A stretch of 64,000 nt of DNA, from contig JAUCBJ010002030.1 of NCBI GenBank assembly GCA_032718475.1, positions 8,422 through 72,421 of the forward strand, written 5' to 3'. Within the stretch, counting starts at the first letter, position 1. Each line of letters opens with the position of its first letter. This DNA is from Nemertoderma westbladi. Lineage: Eukaryota; Animalia; Xenacoelomorpha. The notes beneath the pieces are model-generated. The model saw nothing but the letters and a program-made list of their open reading frames with translations. It was not told the origin of the DNA and made no database searches. Below, in pieces: positions 1-13,301 of the stretch. A program made the position numbers and the translations under genes.

Positions 1-1221
1 TGGTGCTCTTTTAGTATCTGTTGATAAAAAAATGAAAATTTTTCTTCTAATCTTACTTTTGATTACTAATAATGAATTCAACAAACCAATAAAGCATAGT
101 ATGGATTCATGTTTATACCAAAGTCTTTGAAGGGTGATGTATTTTGTGTAATTTTATCAATTCCGAAAGGTTCCGATATGGTACGGGTGCCAGGAACTCC
201 TCATATCTCAATAACTACTGGAGCTATTAACTTTTTATTTGTTTCATCTGAAAGAGGATATAATTGTAGTTAGGGACAAGTACTTTCGATGCGCTAGACG
301 TATTGTTTCAGGGGTTATATCTAAGAGAAATAACTGCCCCACTAAATTTAGGGGTTTTGCAGCAGCTTGGCGGGTCGTATCTATAGTAGGTTATGTATTG
401 ACTTTCGTTTATTGTTTTGGTTAGAATAACATGGCACTGCAACCTGATCCTTTCCCTAAATTAATAATTTAACATGAGAGAAAATATTAATTTGCCGAGG
501 TTGGATTTGCGTCCCCCCCCCCCTGTCTTCAGTATGCCAGAACTAATTGAAATTGATTTTCATCCAATTCGTATCGACAAAACAGCTACCGGTACTGTAT
601 ATTGTGGAATTTTATTAATTTATTAATTAGGTCTAGTCCAAAAGAAGAATATGTTGCGAGAACCATAAGGCAACCTCGAAATGTATGCGATTTGTTTTAG
701 CGCAAACTTCTCAAGCATGTACAGTAGCTTAACCAAAGTTGCCGCAACAAAAGTTGCTTGTATGCCGCAATATATTTCTGAAACAAGTAGCTCATGATAG
801 GGCTGGCATATGAGCATTGTACAGTAGGCCTACCTTTATTTTGTGAGTGGTGTACCCATAATTCGAGATCGTGGTTTACCGGGGTAGATAAATTATATTT
901 TTATTACAGAACTGGATGCAATATGGAAAAATCATTGCAGAAAGATTCCATGCAATGTTTTTGGTACATTATGTTAACTTATCAGCGTCCTGGGTATAAT
1001 CTCGTAACAGCAATGTAGGACACTAGGCATAGCTAATAATTAAATCAAGGAACACTAAACTTCTAGAACACCTCTTCTCCATTGGTGATAGCCATTTTAG
1101 GCCGACTGTAAGACTATTTAAGCTGTGGTTGTTGTCAATAATTAAGCATTCCGAGCGCTGTTAAGTTGACTTACTGTACTGTAATGTAACAAAATTACGT
1201 ATTCCATTGTGTGAAAAAGGG

Positions 1222-1419
1222 CCCTTGTGTATTTATGTAAACCTCCCTCGCTGCGCTCGCTCCGTACATAAATACACTAGAGTCATAACGCTGGAAAGTG
1301 GTGCTTTTCAAACAATGGTACATCGTTATGTAAAAAGCACCACTTTTCAGCGTTATTACTCTAGTGTATTTATGTACCGAGCGAGCGCAGCGAGGGAGGT
1401 TTACATAAATACACAAGGG
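1222..1419. repeat. Near-perfect ~200-bp palindrome (87-bp arms), MITE-like
   Basis: 1222-1308 is the near reverse complement of 1333-1419; internal TGTATTTATGTA/TACATAAATACA sub-repeats; explains the two mirror-image spurious ORFs. Confidence 0.75.
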
Positions 1420-2835
1420 TCTACAGTAGTTATTCATTCTTAAACTGCGGAAAGTTAAAATGAAATTATTTATCGATTTCCTTTTAATACAGTTCATTTA
1501 ATATTTAACAAAATGTAATAATAATTTTTAATCCTATAAGCGAGCATTAGTGAACAAGTACTGTAGATGGCCATTCAACAACGATATTCTAACCATTCTA
1601 CCATCTCTCCATTTGTAGTACATCTTCAACCAATAAGTCTACTTTATTGACCTCTTCAATGTATTTATTAACCCTACAGTACAGTGGTAGCTTATAGGCA
1701 TAAAACATAACGCAGACCTCACTTTTACACCAATTTATGTAAAATGTTAGCAATTGATAGATTAAAAGCTAAGCGCAAACTGCGAAAACTAGCGTAAAGC
1801 ATTAATTATTTACTAATTTATTGCTGCGCAATAATATTTCACACTATTATAACCCTCCACCAAACAACAGAAATTTTTTTTATCAAAAGTAGGAACTAGT
1901 GTATGTAGTACGGGCAAGGGCAGATATTTTTTAACCTTTTATTTTCATATGTGAATTGCAATCACCATGTTTTATTCTGGAACAAATATTAGACTTTCTG
2001 GCAGATGATATGTCCAACTAGTTTTTTTTTTACAATATATAAATGTTGTGATTTTCATGTATTTATTAGATTAGGCCCCTTCATTATTATTTTAAATAAT
2101 CAGACAATTTCCTTAACATCCATACTCACAACGTGTATTTTGACAGACATCCCGATATACTGTAGGCCTATTTTGTATGAATTCCTTAAAATAAAAATAA
2201 AGAAAACAATAGCTACTAAAGATTTACTAGCTACAATGCGCAATCATTGCACGGAGATTTAATTAAATGTTAAATGATATTTTCAAAAATAATTTCTTTA
2301 GGCCCTAATAGTAAGCAATTATTCATTTGTGTTTTTATACATTTTTTTTTGTTTTTTTATTCTGAAATCTAGTTGGCTGATATTAAGATATTGTTGTACA
2401 GTATTCCTAACTTCGTGTTTTTCTATGGTAGCTATTATTTTTTTAATATTTCTTTGCAACTAATAGGTTGTATTATGAGCAAGGCGTACTATATACGTAT
2501 ATAGTACGCCTTGATTATGAGTGCCAAGAGATCTGCTAAAGTATTTTCTTGTGCATTTTCCTCCATGCAAGTGCCGAATAATTATTCAGAATATAAACTA
2601 TCATACAAGTTGTCGGAAGGTGAAATTCCCTATACGAGTGAAAAGTCTTATATATGAGCCATTCTCACATGAAAATAAAAGGTCAAATAGTGGGTAAACG
2701 TGCCATACAGTACCCAAAATGTTTCAATACTTAATAATAAATATTTTTGCTTACAAAATTAAACAATTTAAATGATTACTTCCCTTCTAAGCTATAATAG
2801 TTAGTATCCCAAATAATGGGTATGAGTAAGTAGGA

Positions 2836-3102
2836 TTAATCTTTTGCCTTCTCTTCTGCTTTCTCTTCACTTTTACCTTCTTCTTTCTCTGCTTTATCGC
2901 CCTCCTTTACTTCAGCCTCATCGGGTTTCCCAGACTCGTCGCTGGCTGCTGGCTCTTTGTCTTTTTCCTCATTCGGTTTGGCTTCAATGTCAACAACCTG
3001 AAGTTTTTCGTTAATGTTCTCCACATTAGGATTCTCACCACTGGCCACTACGTCACCTTCACTTTGGGGGATTGTCTGTGCAGGAGTAGCTTCGTCACCC
3101 AT
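2836..3102 (-). CDS. Candidate small acidic, disordered host protein (88 aa, E/K-rich)
   Basis: ATG in an A-rich context (AAAGAAATGG), GC content above the AT-rich flanks, protein-like low-complexity composition; no recognisable domain. Confidence 0.45.
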   Translation of the reverse strand: MGDEATPAQTIPQSEGDVVASGENPNVENINEKLQVVDIEAKPNEEKDKEPAASDESGKPDEAEVKEGDKAEKEEGKSEEKAEEKAKD

Positions 3103-4667
3103 TTCTTTTTTATTTAATGTTAAAAAACAAAGTAATAAAGAATTACAAATTTAAGTATTTGGTAATTTGAAATCAAAAGTTAATTCTACAAAAAGATTTG
3201 TAAAGTGTGAAATAAAGCTTTTCGTTATCCGAGTTACAGTATTATAAGAAATATAGCCTACTGCACTATTCGAATTTCTACAAACCTCAAAACCGTTGTA
3301 CCAAAATGCATGATATGAATTTTATTATTTTAATACCTATTTGCATCAATTTTATTTTTTGTAAATTATTTGTTTCGAATTAATAAATCATTCAGATACA
3401 CAATAATAAATAAATTCAAAGATTAAATCAGTTCCATCCGCATCTTTAACTCTTTCGTAAGGCCTATTTACAAGTTTCATCACCGCACACGTCTTCAGTT
3501 CACAGCACTAACTGCCTAACTCCCTAAAGGTGCGAGTAGGGCCCTCGGTAGGATCTACACTGATCCTAATGTATGATTTGTTTCGCGTTGATCACTAAAA
3601 GATACTACAATGTCTCTTTAAGGGCTCAGTAGCTTAAATGTATAGTGGAAAAAATATTGAAGACAGACCCAGATAAGTATTATATAGAATATGTACGCCA
3701 TCCACGGTGATGCCATGTGACTAAATATAATCAATGATCCTACAGTGGACACGCCTAAGAAGTTACTGCGTACTACCGTACTAACTGTTCTTGTTCCTGT
3801 TTTTTTTTTCAATAATCAATATTATTTTAATTTCCTGACTTCCATCTGTGGTTCGTACTGTACGTACATGTCGTGAATAAATTGTAACGGCACGCTTTAT
3901 GGCCTATGTCCATAATCGTTATTTTCTCTCCTCACAAAAGTGTAATAAAACAGCGATACGAATGTAGTCCTCACGAAATCAAAATGTTAGCGCAATTTGC
4001 GTGCCCAAAGTAGGCTCAACTGTCTGTCTGTATATAGTATATAAGGTATTGTGGATCGCAAGAAAATTATTGAGCCAAGGATATAAATGTAATAAAGAAT
4101 GTGGTGCATGAGTCATATAAAATACGATTGGGGAACGCTAACGTATTGGTTGGAACTACTGTGACAGCTGTCCGTAGTACAAGCTGTTCGTGCGCTCCGT
4201 CTCCATGTGTACTGTACTGTATATAGCAAAAATTGTGGATCGATACGCTCTTGGGATATAGACTAAGACAATCTAATAAAACAAGTAAGGAGTTGGGCGA
4301 CCAAGTCTTAACGTACTGTATGTATATGTAAGGAATTATGTTGTTTACCATGCATTCAACGTACCTAGGATGTTATGATATGCGAAATTCAAATAAGAAT
4401 GTATATTTTCAGCAGGATGCCTATTATTACTCCGGTTGGATGTACTGTACTCTACCTACATGTACAACTGTAGCGTATTGTATGTATCATGTAGTTACTG
4501 TAGTTATTTTTACTGTATAATCACAATTGCAACTAGCGCATCCCTTTGCCGTAGTATTATATAATAATAGCAGATGCGATCTAACTGTGTTGAAGAGTTT
4601 TGTTTGTGATGGAAGGTGACCCTATTCCGTGCGTGAAATAACAATAAATTAACAATAAAAATTGGAA

Positions 4668-5754
4668 AACTAATCGTGTATTCCTTCAACTAATCGTGTA
4701 TTCCTTCAACTAATCGTGTATTCCTTCAACTAATCGTGTATTCCTTCAACTAATCGTGTATTCCTTCAACTAATCGTGTATTCCTTCAACTAATCGTGTA
4801 TTCTTTCAACTAATCGTGTATTCCTTCAACTAATCGTGTATTCCTTCAACTAATCCGTGTATTCCTTCAACTAATCGTGTATTCCTTCAACTAATCGTGT
4901 ATTCCTTCAACTAATCGTGTATTCCTTCAACTAATCGTGTATTCCTTCAACTAATCGTGTATTCCTTCAACTAATCGTGTATTCCTTCAACTAATCGTGT
5001 ATTCCTTCAACTAATCGTGTATTCCTTCAACTAATCGTGTATTCCTTCAACTAATCGTGTATTCCTTCAACTAATCGTGTATTCCTTCAACTAATCGTGT
5101 ATTCCTTCAACTAATCGTGTATTCCTTCAACTAATCGTGTATTCCTTCAACTAATCGTGTATTCCTTCAACTAATCGTGTATTCTTTCAACTAATCGTGT
5201 ATTCCTTCAACTAATCGTGTATTCCTTCAACTAATCCGTGTATTCCTTCAACTAATCGTGTATTCCTTCAACTAATCGTGTATTCCTTCAACTAATCGTG
5301 TATTCCTTCAACTAATCGTGTATTCCTTCAACTAATCGTGTATTCCTTCAACTAATCGTGTATTCCTTCAACTAATCGTGTATTCCTTCAACTAATCGTG
5401 TATTCCTTCAACTAATCGTGTATTCCTTCAACTAATCGTGTATTCCTTCAACTAATCGTGTATTCCTTCAACTAATCGTGTATTCCTTCAACTAATCGTG
5501 TATTCCTTCAACTAATCGTGTATTCCTTCAACTAATCGTGTATTCCTTCAACTAATCGTGTATTCCTTCAACTAATCGTGTATTCCTTCAACTAATCGTG
5601 TATTCCTTCAACTAATCGTGTATTCCTTCAACTAATCGTGTATTCCTTCAACTAATCGTGTATTCCTTCAACTAATCGTGTATTCCTTCAACTAATCGTG
5701 TATTCCTTCAACTAATCGTGTATTCCTTCAACTAATCGTGTATTCCTTCAACTA
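4668..5754. repeat. 20-bp minisatellite (AACTAATCGTGTATTCCTTC)n, ~54 copies
   Basis: Head-to-tail near-identical units, no spacers. Confidence 0.97.
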
Positions 5755-6766
5755 GCTACACTGCTACAGTGCTACAGTGTTACAGTGCTACAGTGCTACA
5801 GTAAATTATAATTTTGTGTGAAAATGACAGTAACTTACCTTCTTCGCTTCGTTTGTGGAAATAACGATCGTTGTTAAAGATTGCAACATTGATAGATATT
5901 TAAACATCGTAAGCAACAGAGTGGAAAAAGGGCCTGTACTGTTTTCATAATGTTTGGCGGCGCAGGTTCAAATCCGACTGAAGCCTGTTGTGTGAACTTT
6001 GCTCTGTTGGGTCGCAGAACAAGACAAATTACACAAATTACTGTACGTTAGTCCTTGCGCAAATCTAGCTTCCCATATGAAATATACCAGACTTTCTGCT
6101 ATTATATTTCACTTAGTAGTTTACCCCCATGTGAAGAATACCAGATTTCCACTAAAATCCAAGGTTACAGAAAAATGACCAAAACAATAAACGAATTAGT
6201 ATTTGTACAGGTTATAAGATAGATAAGCACTATAAAAAACACTCAATGAGGAGAAATTAAAAAATATACAAATTCTTCATATATAATATATGCTGTATAA
6301 TTATATTATTTAATATTATCGAAATATACAATTTCGACCGAAAGGTAAACCTGGTAGTTTCACATGGGCGCCCCAGCGCCCCAGCTGTACAATAAAATCT
6401 GGCTTCTGCTGTACTACTAGTAGTACTGGGGTCTAGTTACAGAAATGGTTGAAAAGTTACGGAATGTTCACCCTTAGAGTTACAGTCCATATCTCTCTGG
6501 GTACCTTTTATCTTACCTACCTCTTACTAACTCAATCCTGTCTGGGTTACTCAAACCCAAATTCAAACTCGCGTAACACCCCACTGTAGCATTCATGCAG
6601 CTGCAGCGACCTGTGTATTTAATGGCTAACTCACTCCCATATGTTAAACTCAGCACTTCATAGAACATACAGTATTTTAGTAAAGCCCACACAAAGGAGC
6701 GGCGTAATTGACACGTCTTTTATGATACACACAGCAAGCCTGCCTGCCCAGCTTTTGTAACTCAAC

Positions 6767-7791
6767 GGTGTGCGGACACTTCCCCCCCCCCCCCCCGACA
6801 CTTACCCCCCGGACACTTCCCCTCCGAACAGTTCCTCCCCGTTCAAGTAGGACACTTCCCCCCCCCCGGACACTCCCCCCCAGACATCCCCCCCCCCTGA
6901 CACTTCCCCCCCGACTGTTCTTAACTTCGCACATTCGTATTTTTCATTTTGTAAGGTAAACGGACCGCTTGTATCCAGACAAGTTGTATCCAATTTTCCT
7001 TTCGTAGCTCAGAAAGTGATCTTTTGCATCCCTATTTTAGATTTTATATCCAAGTTTTGTTTATGGATTTTATCAATGCAATTACATTGTGTTGTTTGCT
7101 AATCTTTAAATAATTAATTAGATGACCTATAAATGACATCCCCCGACGACATGCGTCGACATATATTTTGTGTTCAGCATTACATATTGATAAATTAATT
7201 AAATTTCCTGGTTAACTTGCAATATTTTTAATAGAATTTTGTAGAATTATATAATATTGTAGTAATTTATATATTAATTTGGTTAACATTCAATACAGCT
7301 CCTACTTTAGGCTTAGTCAATTTATTATCTGATGATACAAACATGAATTAATTATTTCAAAATGTTCTTCTTCATCACCACGGGCACGTGTTTGCGGGCG
7401 GCACCCCCCAACAAAAGTAGCGGGGGTTTGGGGGCGGCAGCTCCCAACAAAAGAAGCGCGGGTTTGGGGGCGGCAGCACCCAATTAAATTAAAAACAAAC
7501 AAAATTTGACTATAAAAATGTGTCTTTTATAATTTTGAGAAAACTTGTTTAGATACAACTTGTCCTGTAACCATCTTTAACTTTTGTTTATTGCTTTGAT
7601 GTACCCAGATTAATTTTAACACTTTAACTGGGGGGGGGGGGGGAGTGTCCGGGGGGGGGAGTGTCCGGGGGGGGGGGGGGAGTGTCCGGGGGTGAAATGT
7701 CCGGGGAGGGGAAGTGTCCTACTTGGGCGGGGGTGGGGGGGAGGGGGGCTGGGTGGGGGGGGACTGTCCGGGGGGGAAGTGTCTTAGATCC
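6767..7791. mobile_element. Non-autonomous DNA transposon (MITE) with tandem subterminal GGACACTTCCCCC repeats in inverted orientation
   Basis: GG...CC termini; C-rich GGACAC arrays at left mirrored by GTGTCCGGGG arrays at right; 8-bp TSD AACTCAAC at 6759-6766 and 7792-7799. Confidence 0.8.
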
Positions 7792-8429
7792 AACTCAACC
7801 CATTTAAGTCAAGAGCTCTAGCAGCAGACAGAGGCCCCTTCCCCATGCGGTGTCTCACTCAACCAGAGTAATTATCCATCCCTTACAGGTACAGCAATGC
7901 TGAGTATGGCACTGTTAGAAGTCAAACCATTGGAACTGTAGTGTTTCGCCCTGCCCACCCTATATGTAACAGCCAAGAGAGAGGATCCTTCGGGCCGCCT
8001 CCGCTGTTTCGTGTCTCACACTTTCACCGACAACTTTTTTCAACCCAAGTATTATTAATTATTGTGAAGTTAAATGAAAAATATGACTTTAAACCACCCT
8101 TTGAAAACCTATACAATATACAATAGTAGGCCACTTACAGTGTAAGTCCTACAGTACTGCGCAAGCCTATTTACTGCAATAACTTTAAATTTAAAATATC
8201 AAATTACTAATACCTGAAACTTTTAACAAATCATTTTATTTGAAGAAAAAGTTTCAGTTTCCTCAAAATCAGGTGGAACTTTGTAGAACTAACTACAGTT
8301 TCATACAGACCTCCATGTACTTAGAGCGAGTGGGAAAATATAATTTGTATAATATCAGATTACTTTATTAGAGAGGTGCTGTATAATAAATGTTTAGTTA
8401 GGAATTTTTGCATTTTTGTGAAACTTCAG

Positions 8430-8561
8430 CAAAGGAAACACCCGACTATTCCAAAGACTCACTACCCAAAAGCAGGATAAAATCTTCCATGGCTGGGGCG
8501 TCGTTTCGATTCTGGAAAAATAAAATAAAGAGTAAAGAGTCTAAACCGACGGAAGTTGAGT
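8430..8561 (+). other. Possible host coding exon (132 bp, phase 1-1)
   Basis: TTCAG acceptor, GTAAGT donor at 8562, open frame AKETPDYSKDSLPKSRIK...; a further acceptor (TTTTCTTTCAG) at 9007-9017. Confidence 0.25.
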
Positions 8562-10720
8562 GTAAGTTTAGTGGATGGACATCCATCAAAAGCTAACATA
8601 TGTATGTATATTTAATATTGACTAATGTTTGAAACAGTAAATATGTAATGGATTAAAACACAGATAAATATAATTTAAACAACTTAATATAACAAAGATA
8701 TCGATAATACTGTGTAGATCTCGAAATATAATAATAGTGAGTGGGAATGTAGGAATTGTATAAATACAGTAGTAGATGTATAAATAGAGATACAGTTAGT
8801 GTTCGTTTGGCAAAAAAGTAAATTAATGCAGAATAAATTAAATGCAGAAATAAGCTCTAATATCATACAGTACAGAAGAAGTAAATACTGTAGATACGTC
8901 AGTGTATACAGTGTTAATGATACATACTCATACACTGTATAATTTAGTTTAAATAAATACTGGGGTCGTTGACCCCATTTAGTAAAAATTATGAATTTAA
9001 GTTTGATTTTCTTTCAGGGAAATGTTTTGATACAAAATAATGTTGGACATCCTGAAATTGTGAGGACATGGGCTAACGACGGAGGTGTGCTGAGATGTCC
9101 ATACAGTAATTAACTGAATTAGGAAAGCGCACCCAATTGCAGATCTAGGCCTACATTTGGGGTTAACTTTGTGAACTCATCCTCCACTCTGCTCGCTCCC
9201 CACACACTTGGATCTCGCACTTCTGACAGTCTTCTCCATGCTCTCACATCCCCCCCCCATACTCCATTCCATACGTCAATTAGTCCCCGTTCCCAGTAGC
9301 TAATTGGAAAAGGTTACATCTAACTATTTTATCACCTCTGATGGTTATATCACACTACGATTTATTTTATAAATCTTATTTATATTATTTACAATTAGGG
9401 CGGGGATATTTCCATTTTGTCTATAATTCCGGCGCTGCCTTCTAGACACCCTGCTGTTTTCCCGTCGGTGAATGACGTCAGCGAATAACATCTAGAGCGT
9501 CGGTCTAAAACTTCTATCCCCTCCTTTCAGTTCATCGCAGTTTTCTCCTTTATCCTCGTCCTGGTTTGGACAGCTCCCTGCCATCCCGTTAGTTCCTAAT
9601 CGCGGATGTACTTGTCGTCACGACTTGAGTGCGGGCGTTATCATATCTCGATAACGCTTCTCTGGTGGTCCCATCAAGTGTCCTCCTCACCCATACCCCC
9701 GGTTGCACCCCTCGGGACGTTTCTTATCCCGTGGATGCGAGCTCTCTCCATAAATCCTAAACTCCGCGTTGTTGTTCAATGACCATCGTTTCTCCACCAT
9801 CCCAATCAAACTGATGGTGCCTTAGTAAGGCTCAGTAGGACAAGAGACGACCAATTCTGCCTGAATCAGTGTTAAAAACTGGGATGGCCTACCCCTTCAT
9901 ATCCTCGCTGCTAACCCATGTAATATGTCCGTTACCCCTTAATCATGACTCTCCACTTACGTCCTATTGTTTATCTGATGCTCGTGCTATTTAACTAATT
10001 CATCACTACTTGCCTACAGAAAAGACTAGCTATAACCCTCCTGTTGCTATACTAGCTTCCTACCAGACCGCTTTCTGGCTCTGTAGCAATACTCTAACTC
10101 TCCACACTGGGCTATGCGCTATAGTAGTCTAGGTTGTGCGGCCTACACAGTCTAGCCTACCACGCTTACATATCGCCCTCAACTCCTCACGTGATGCCTT
10201 CAATGCCCACTATTGTACGCATTACGTATAATTATTGGTCCCATTGACCCGGCTTGTGCTGGTATTAATTACGTATGTTGCCACATTGTGCCCATCAGAC
10301 ATACGCAATATATACCCCTCCTAATCCTCACTGTGGTACTGTGTACCCTTCTACTACAGTATGCGTACTTACCCCCCCTCAACTCCTCATGTGGCGCCCT
10401 CAGTGCCCACAATAGTACGAATTACGTATTAGTATTGGTCCCATTGACCCGGCGTGGTGGTGCGTATGTAAATTAGGTACATTGGTACATTTGTACCCAT
10501 CCGACGTACGTAATTGTAACTACCTACACCTAAATATTATGTACATTGGTACGTCCGTACCCATCAGACGTACATAATGTCTACCTAAAGCGTACCTTGG
10601 TACTACTATTTACAACTTATTTTATTTTTATTATTTGTTTATTTTATTTAGTGTGTGGGAAGGGCGTTTCGCCCTCATTCCCACCCCCCTCAGTCCAATA
10701 TATTGGACGACTCAACTAAC

Positions 10721-13130
10721 TTAGGGCGATCCTTCCAATAGGCAAGACTTCCCTACCGCACTCCTGTAGGTCTTCCTATCTTTGGCCCCTATCTTTTCTC
10801 CGATCCTCACTTCCACGGATCTGATTCTTCTGTTTTCCCCGGGGTAACATTCCACTACCCTAGCCAGCCTCCAGTGATTGTTGATAATCGTATCATCTGT
10901 GACGATTATCAAGTCACCCTTCCTGAGCTCCCTCTGGTTATTCCTCCATTTGCTCCTCTTGTGCAGTGTTGGAAGGTACTCTTGGATCCACCTTGTCCAA
11001 TACGCTGTACTTATCGCCTTAGCCACCTTCCAGCTTTGACGCGAATGTATATCGTCTGGATCGATGTTTCGCATGTCAATCGTCGCTGGTCTCTCCATCA
11101 GCAGGTGTACTGGTGTTAGGACGTCCAGCGATTCAGGATCTTCGTTCTCGGGGTACAGCGGGCGGCTGTTGATAATTCCCTCACATTTCGCCAGCGCTGT
11201 CCTTAGCAGGTCCTCAGTGACCATATGGTTATTCATCAGTTTGGTCATGAATTGTTTGGAGCTCCCTACAAGGCGCTCTACGCAACCCAGCGTATGTGAT
11301 GCGTATGGCATTCTTCTCTCCCATCTGATTAGGTGTTTCCTCATCGCTGCCTTGACATCTTCATCCGCTAAAATGTCAAGTGCCTCTGCTAACTCGTTCT
11401 CTGCTCCCACGAAGTTAGTCCCATTATCTGAGTATAGTACCTCAACTGTTCCCCCTCTGCAGGTCACGAACCTCTCCAATGCATTAATGAATGCTGACGC
11501 CATAGTGTCCTAATCTAGTTCTATCCCCACGGCCCTTGTATTATTGCAAACAAAGATAATGCCGTAGCGTTTCTCCGTATGCAGCATCACCTTGATTTTA
11601 ATCAGCCCGAACATGTCCATGCCGCAGTGTGTGAATGGCGGGTCGTGATGCCTCACCCTGCTGGTTGGCAATGGCGCCATCTCCTGCACGGCCCTCTCCT
11701 TCTTCATCCGTCGGCATGTCTGGCATTGCCCCATCACTTCACCATCTTCCTAAGCTGGATTACCCAGAATGTCTTCCGAACCTCTGTTAGGGTTTGGTTG
11801 GTACCCCCGTGTAATATGGACTTATGGGAGTCCCATATGATCTGGTGGATTATTGGTGACTTGTTGGGGATTATTATCGGCTTTGGTGGGATTAGGGCAC
11901 AGATGTTGTTCACCACCCTGGAGTTCATGACCAGGATCCCATTCTTGTCCAATTGCGGTGACATCGCATTGAGCTCGCTGTCCTGACGAAGGCGCTGCTG
12001 TTTGCTGATGCAGTCTACCTCGTCTCCGTATCCCTTCCTTTGTTCGTATCGTATCACGACTTTAGCCCTCCTTCCAGATCGATGGTGGGTTTCGTCTTAG
12101 CGTCTTTACCAGCTCCCCTAAGGAATTCTCCAGATATGCTACTAGCTTCTTCGTCTTATATCAGCTGGAGCTGTAACTGAGCAGCCTATCCATTGGGTTA
12201 TCACACGACTCTATCGCCTTTGATCGTGGTGGTGCCTCCTTAATCTCCCTCACTAATTGACTAAATATTTCTTCCCCTTTTGATTCCTCTCCCTTATCCT
12301 CCACTGTCACTCCTTCTGTACTTGCCACAACTCCTACTTCCTCGAGAAAGCATGGCGTACAACGCCTCTCGATAGCAGATCCGCTGGATTGTCGACAGTT
12401 GGGCAGTAGTGCCACTTCTCCAAGTCTGATGTTGCTCTTATCTCATCAACTCTGTTCGCCACAAATATGGGATAACACATCTTCTCATTATGCAACCATC
12501 ACAACACTACCATGGAATCTGTCCAGTAGTGTGTCTCTACTATACTTGGTATCGTGTCCACCAAGTATGATGTCGCTCTCACTCCTAGTCTCGCAGCCGT
12601 TAGCTCGAGTTTCAGCACTGATGCTGAATCTGGTGGCGTCGATCTTGCTTTACTAAACGCAAGCCTGGGCTTATGAGTCCCCTTCCGCTGTACCAAATAA
12701 GCGCGGCACCATATGCTTCCAGGGATGCATCGAGAACATATGCAGTTCTAACTAGCTCATGTCCCCATTCGGGAAGTATACACGTGGCATACTATAAGTC
12801 CCCATTTCTTCAAGGCCCACTGACCATTTCTTCCACTGTTTGCTTATCTCCACTGGGACTGCATCCCAGTCGTCTTTGATCTTATAGACCTTCTTCAATA
12901 TTTGTTTCCCCGTGACTAACAACGGGGATGCTAGACCTAGCGAATCGTAAATTCTCGCTATGTATGACACATAGCCTCGTTTAATATGGATCCCGGCACC
13001 CTCCTGACTTAGTTGATACTCCAACTCATCTGTCTCCCAGTTCCATACGATCCCTAGCGCCTTCTGCTGCAATTCTATTCTCTTGTCCGCCATGATCTGC
13101 TCCTTTACCATCATAGGTTCATCTATCGGA
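10721..13130 (-). pseudogene. pol: E0 BEL/Pao pol 3' part (end of RT, RNase H, integrase), frameshifted
   Basis: Fragmented ORFs with LGIVWN, IYDSLG, KLELTAA, YWTDS, H...HGG...CQTC, GMDMFG, SDNGTNF, VERLV, WRLARV motifs, colinear with E1 Pol. Confidence 0.9.
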
Positions 13131-13301
13131 CTTGGTTGTATATCGGAAACATGGTTGAAACGCCACATAGCATCAAAATCAATACAATTATCAGGTTACA
13201 ACATTGAAAGGCAGGATAGGAGAAAGAAGAAAGGGGGAGGTGTCTTATTTTACATACCTAGTGGCATTAAATACAATACAAGGGGGGATATTAAATTAGG
13301 G
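13131..13301 (+). pseudogene. 5' fragment of LINE ORF2 (APE endonuclease N-terminus), cut off by the E1 insertion
   Basis: CISETWL...GYNIERQDR...GGGVLFY motif; continues after E1 at 32712. Left boundary approximate. Confidence 0.85.

Noticed and set aside
1195-1497. Pair of similar ORFs on opposite strands
   Set aside because: Artefact of the DNA palindrome at 1222-1419
4668-5754. CRISPR-like array
   Set aside because: Contiguous identical units with no unique spacers and no cas genes; eukaryotic context
9100-10700. 3' LTR of E0
   Set aside because: No convincing match to the 52581-onward sequence found by eye
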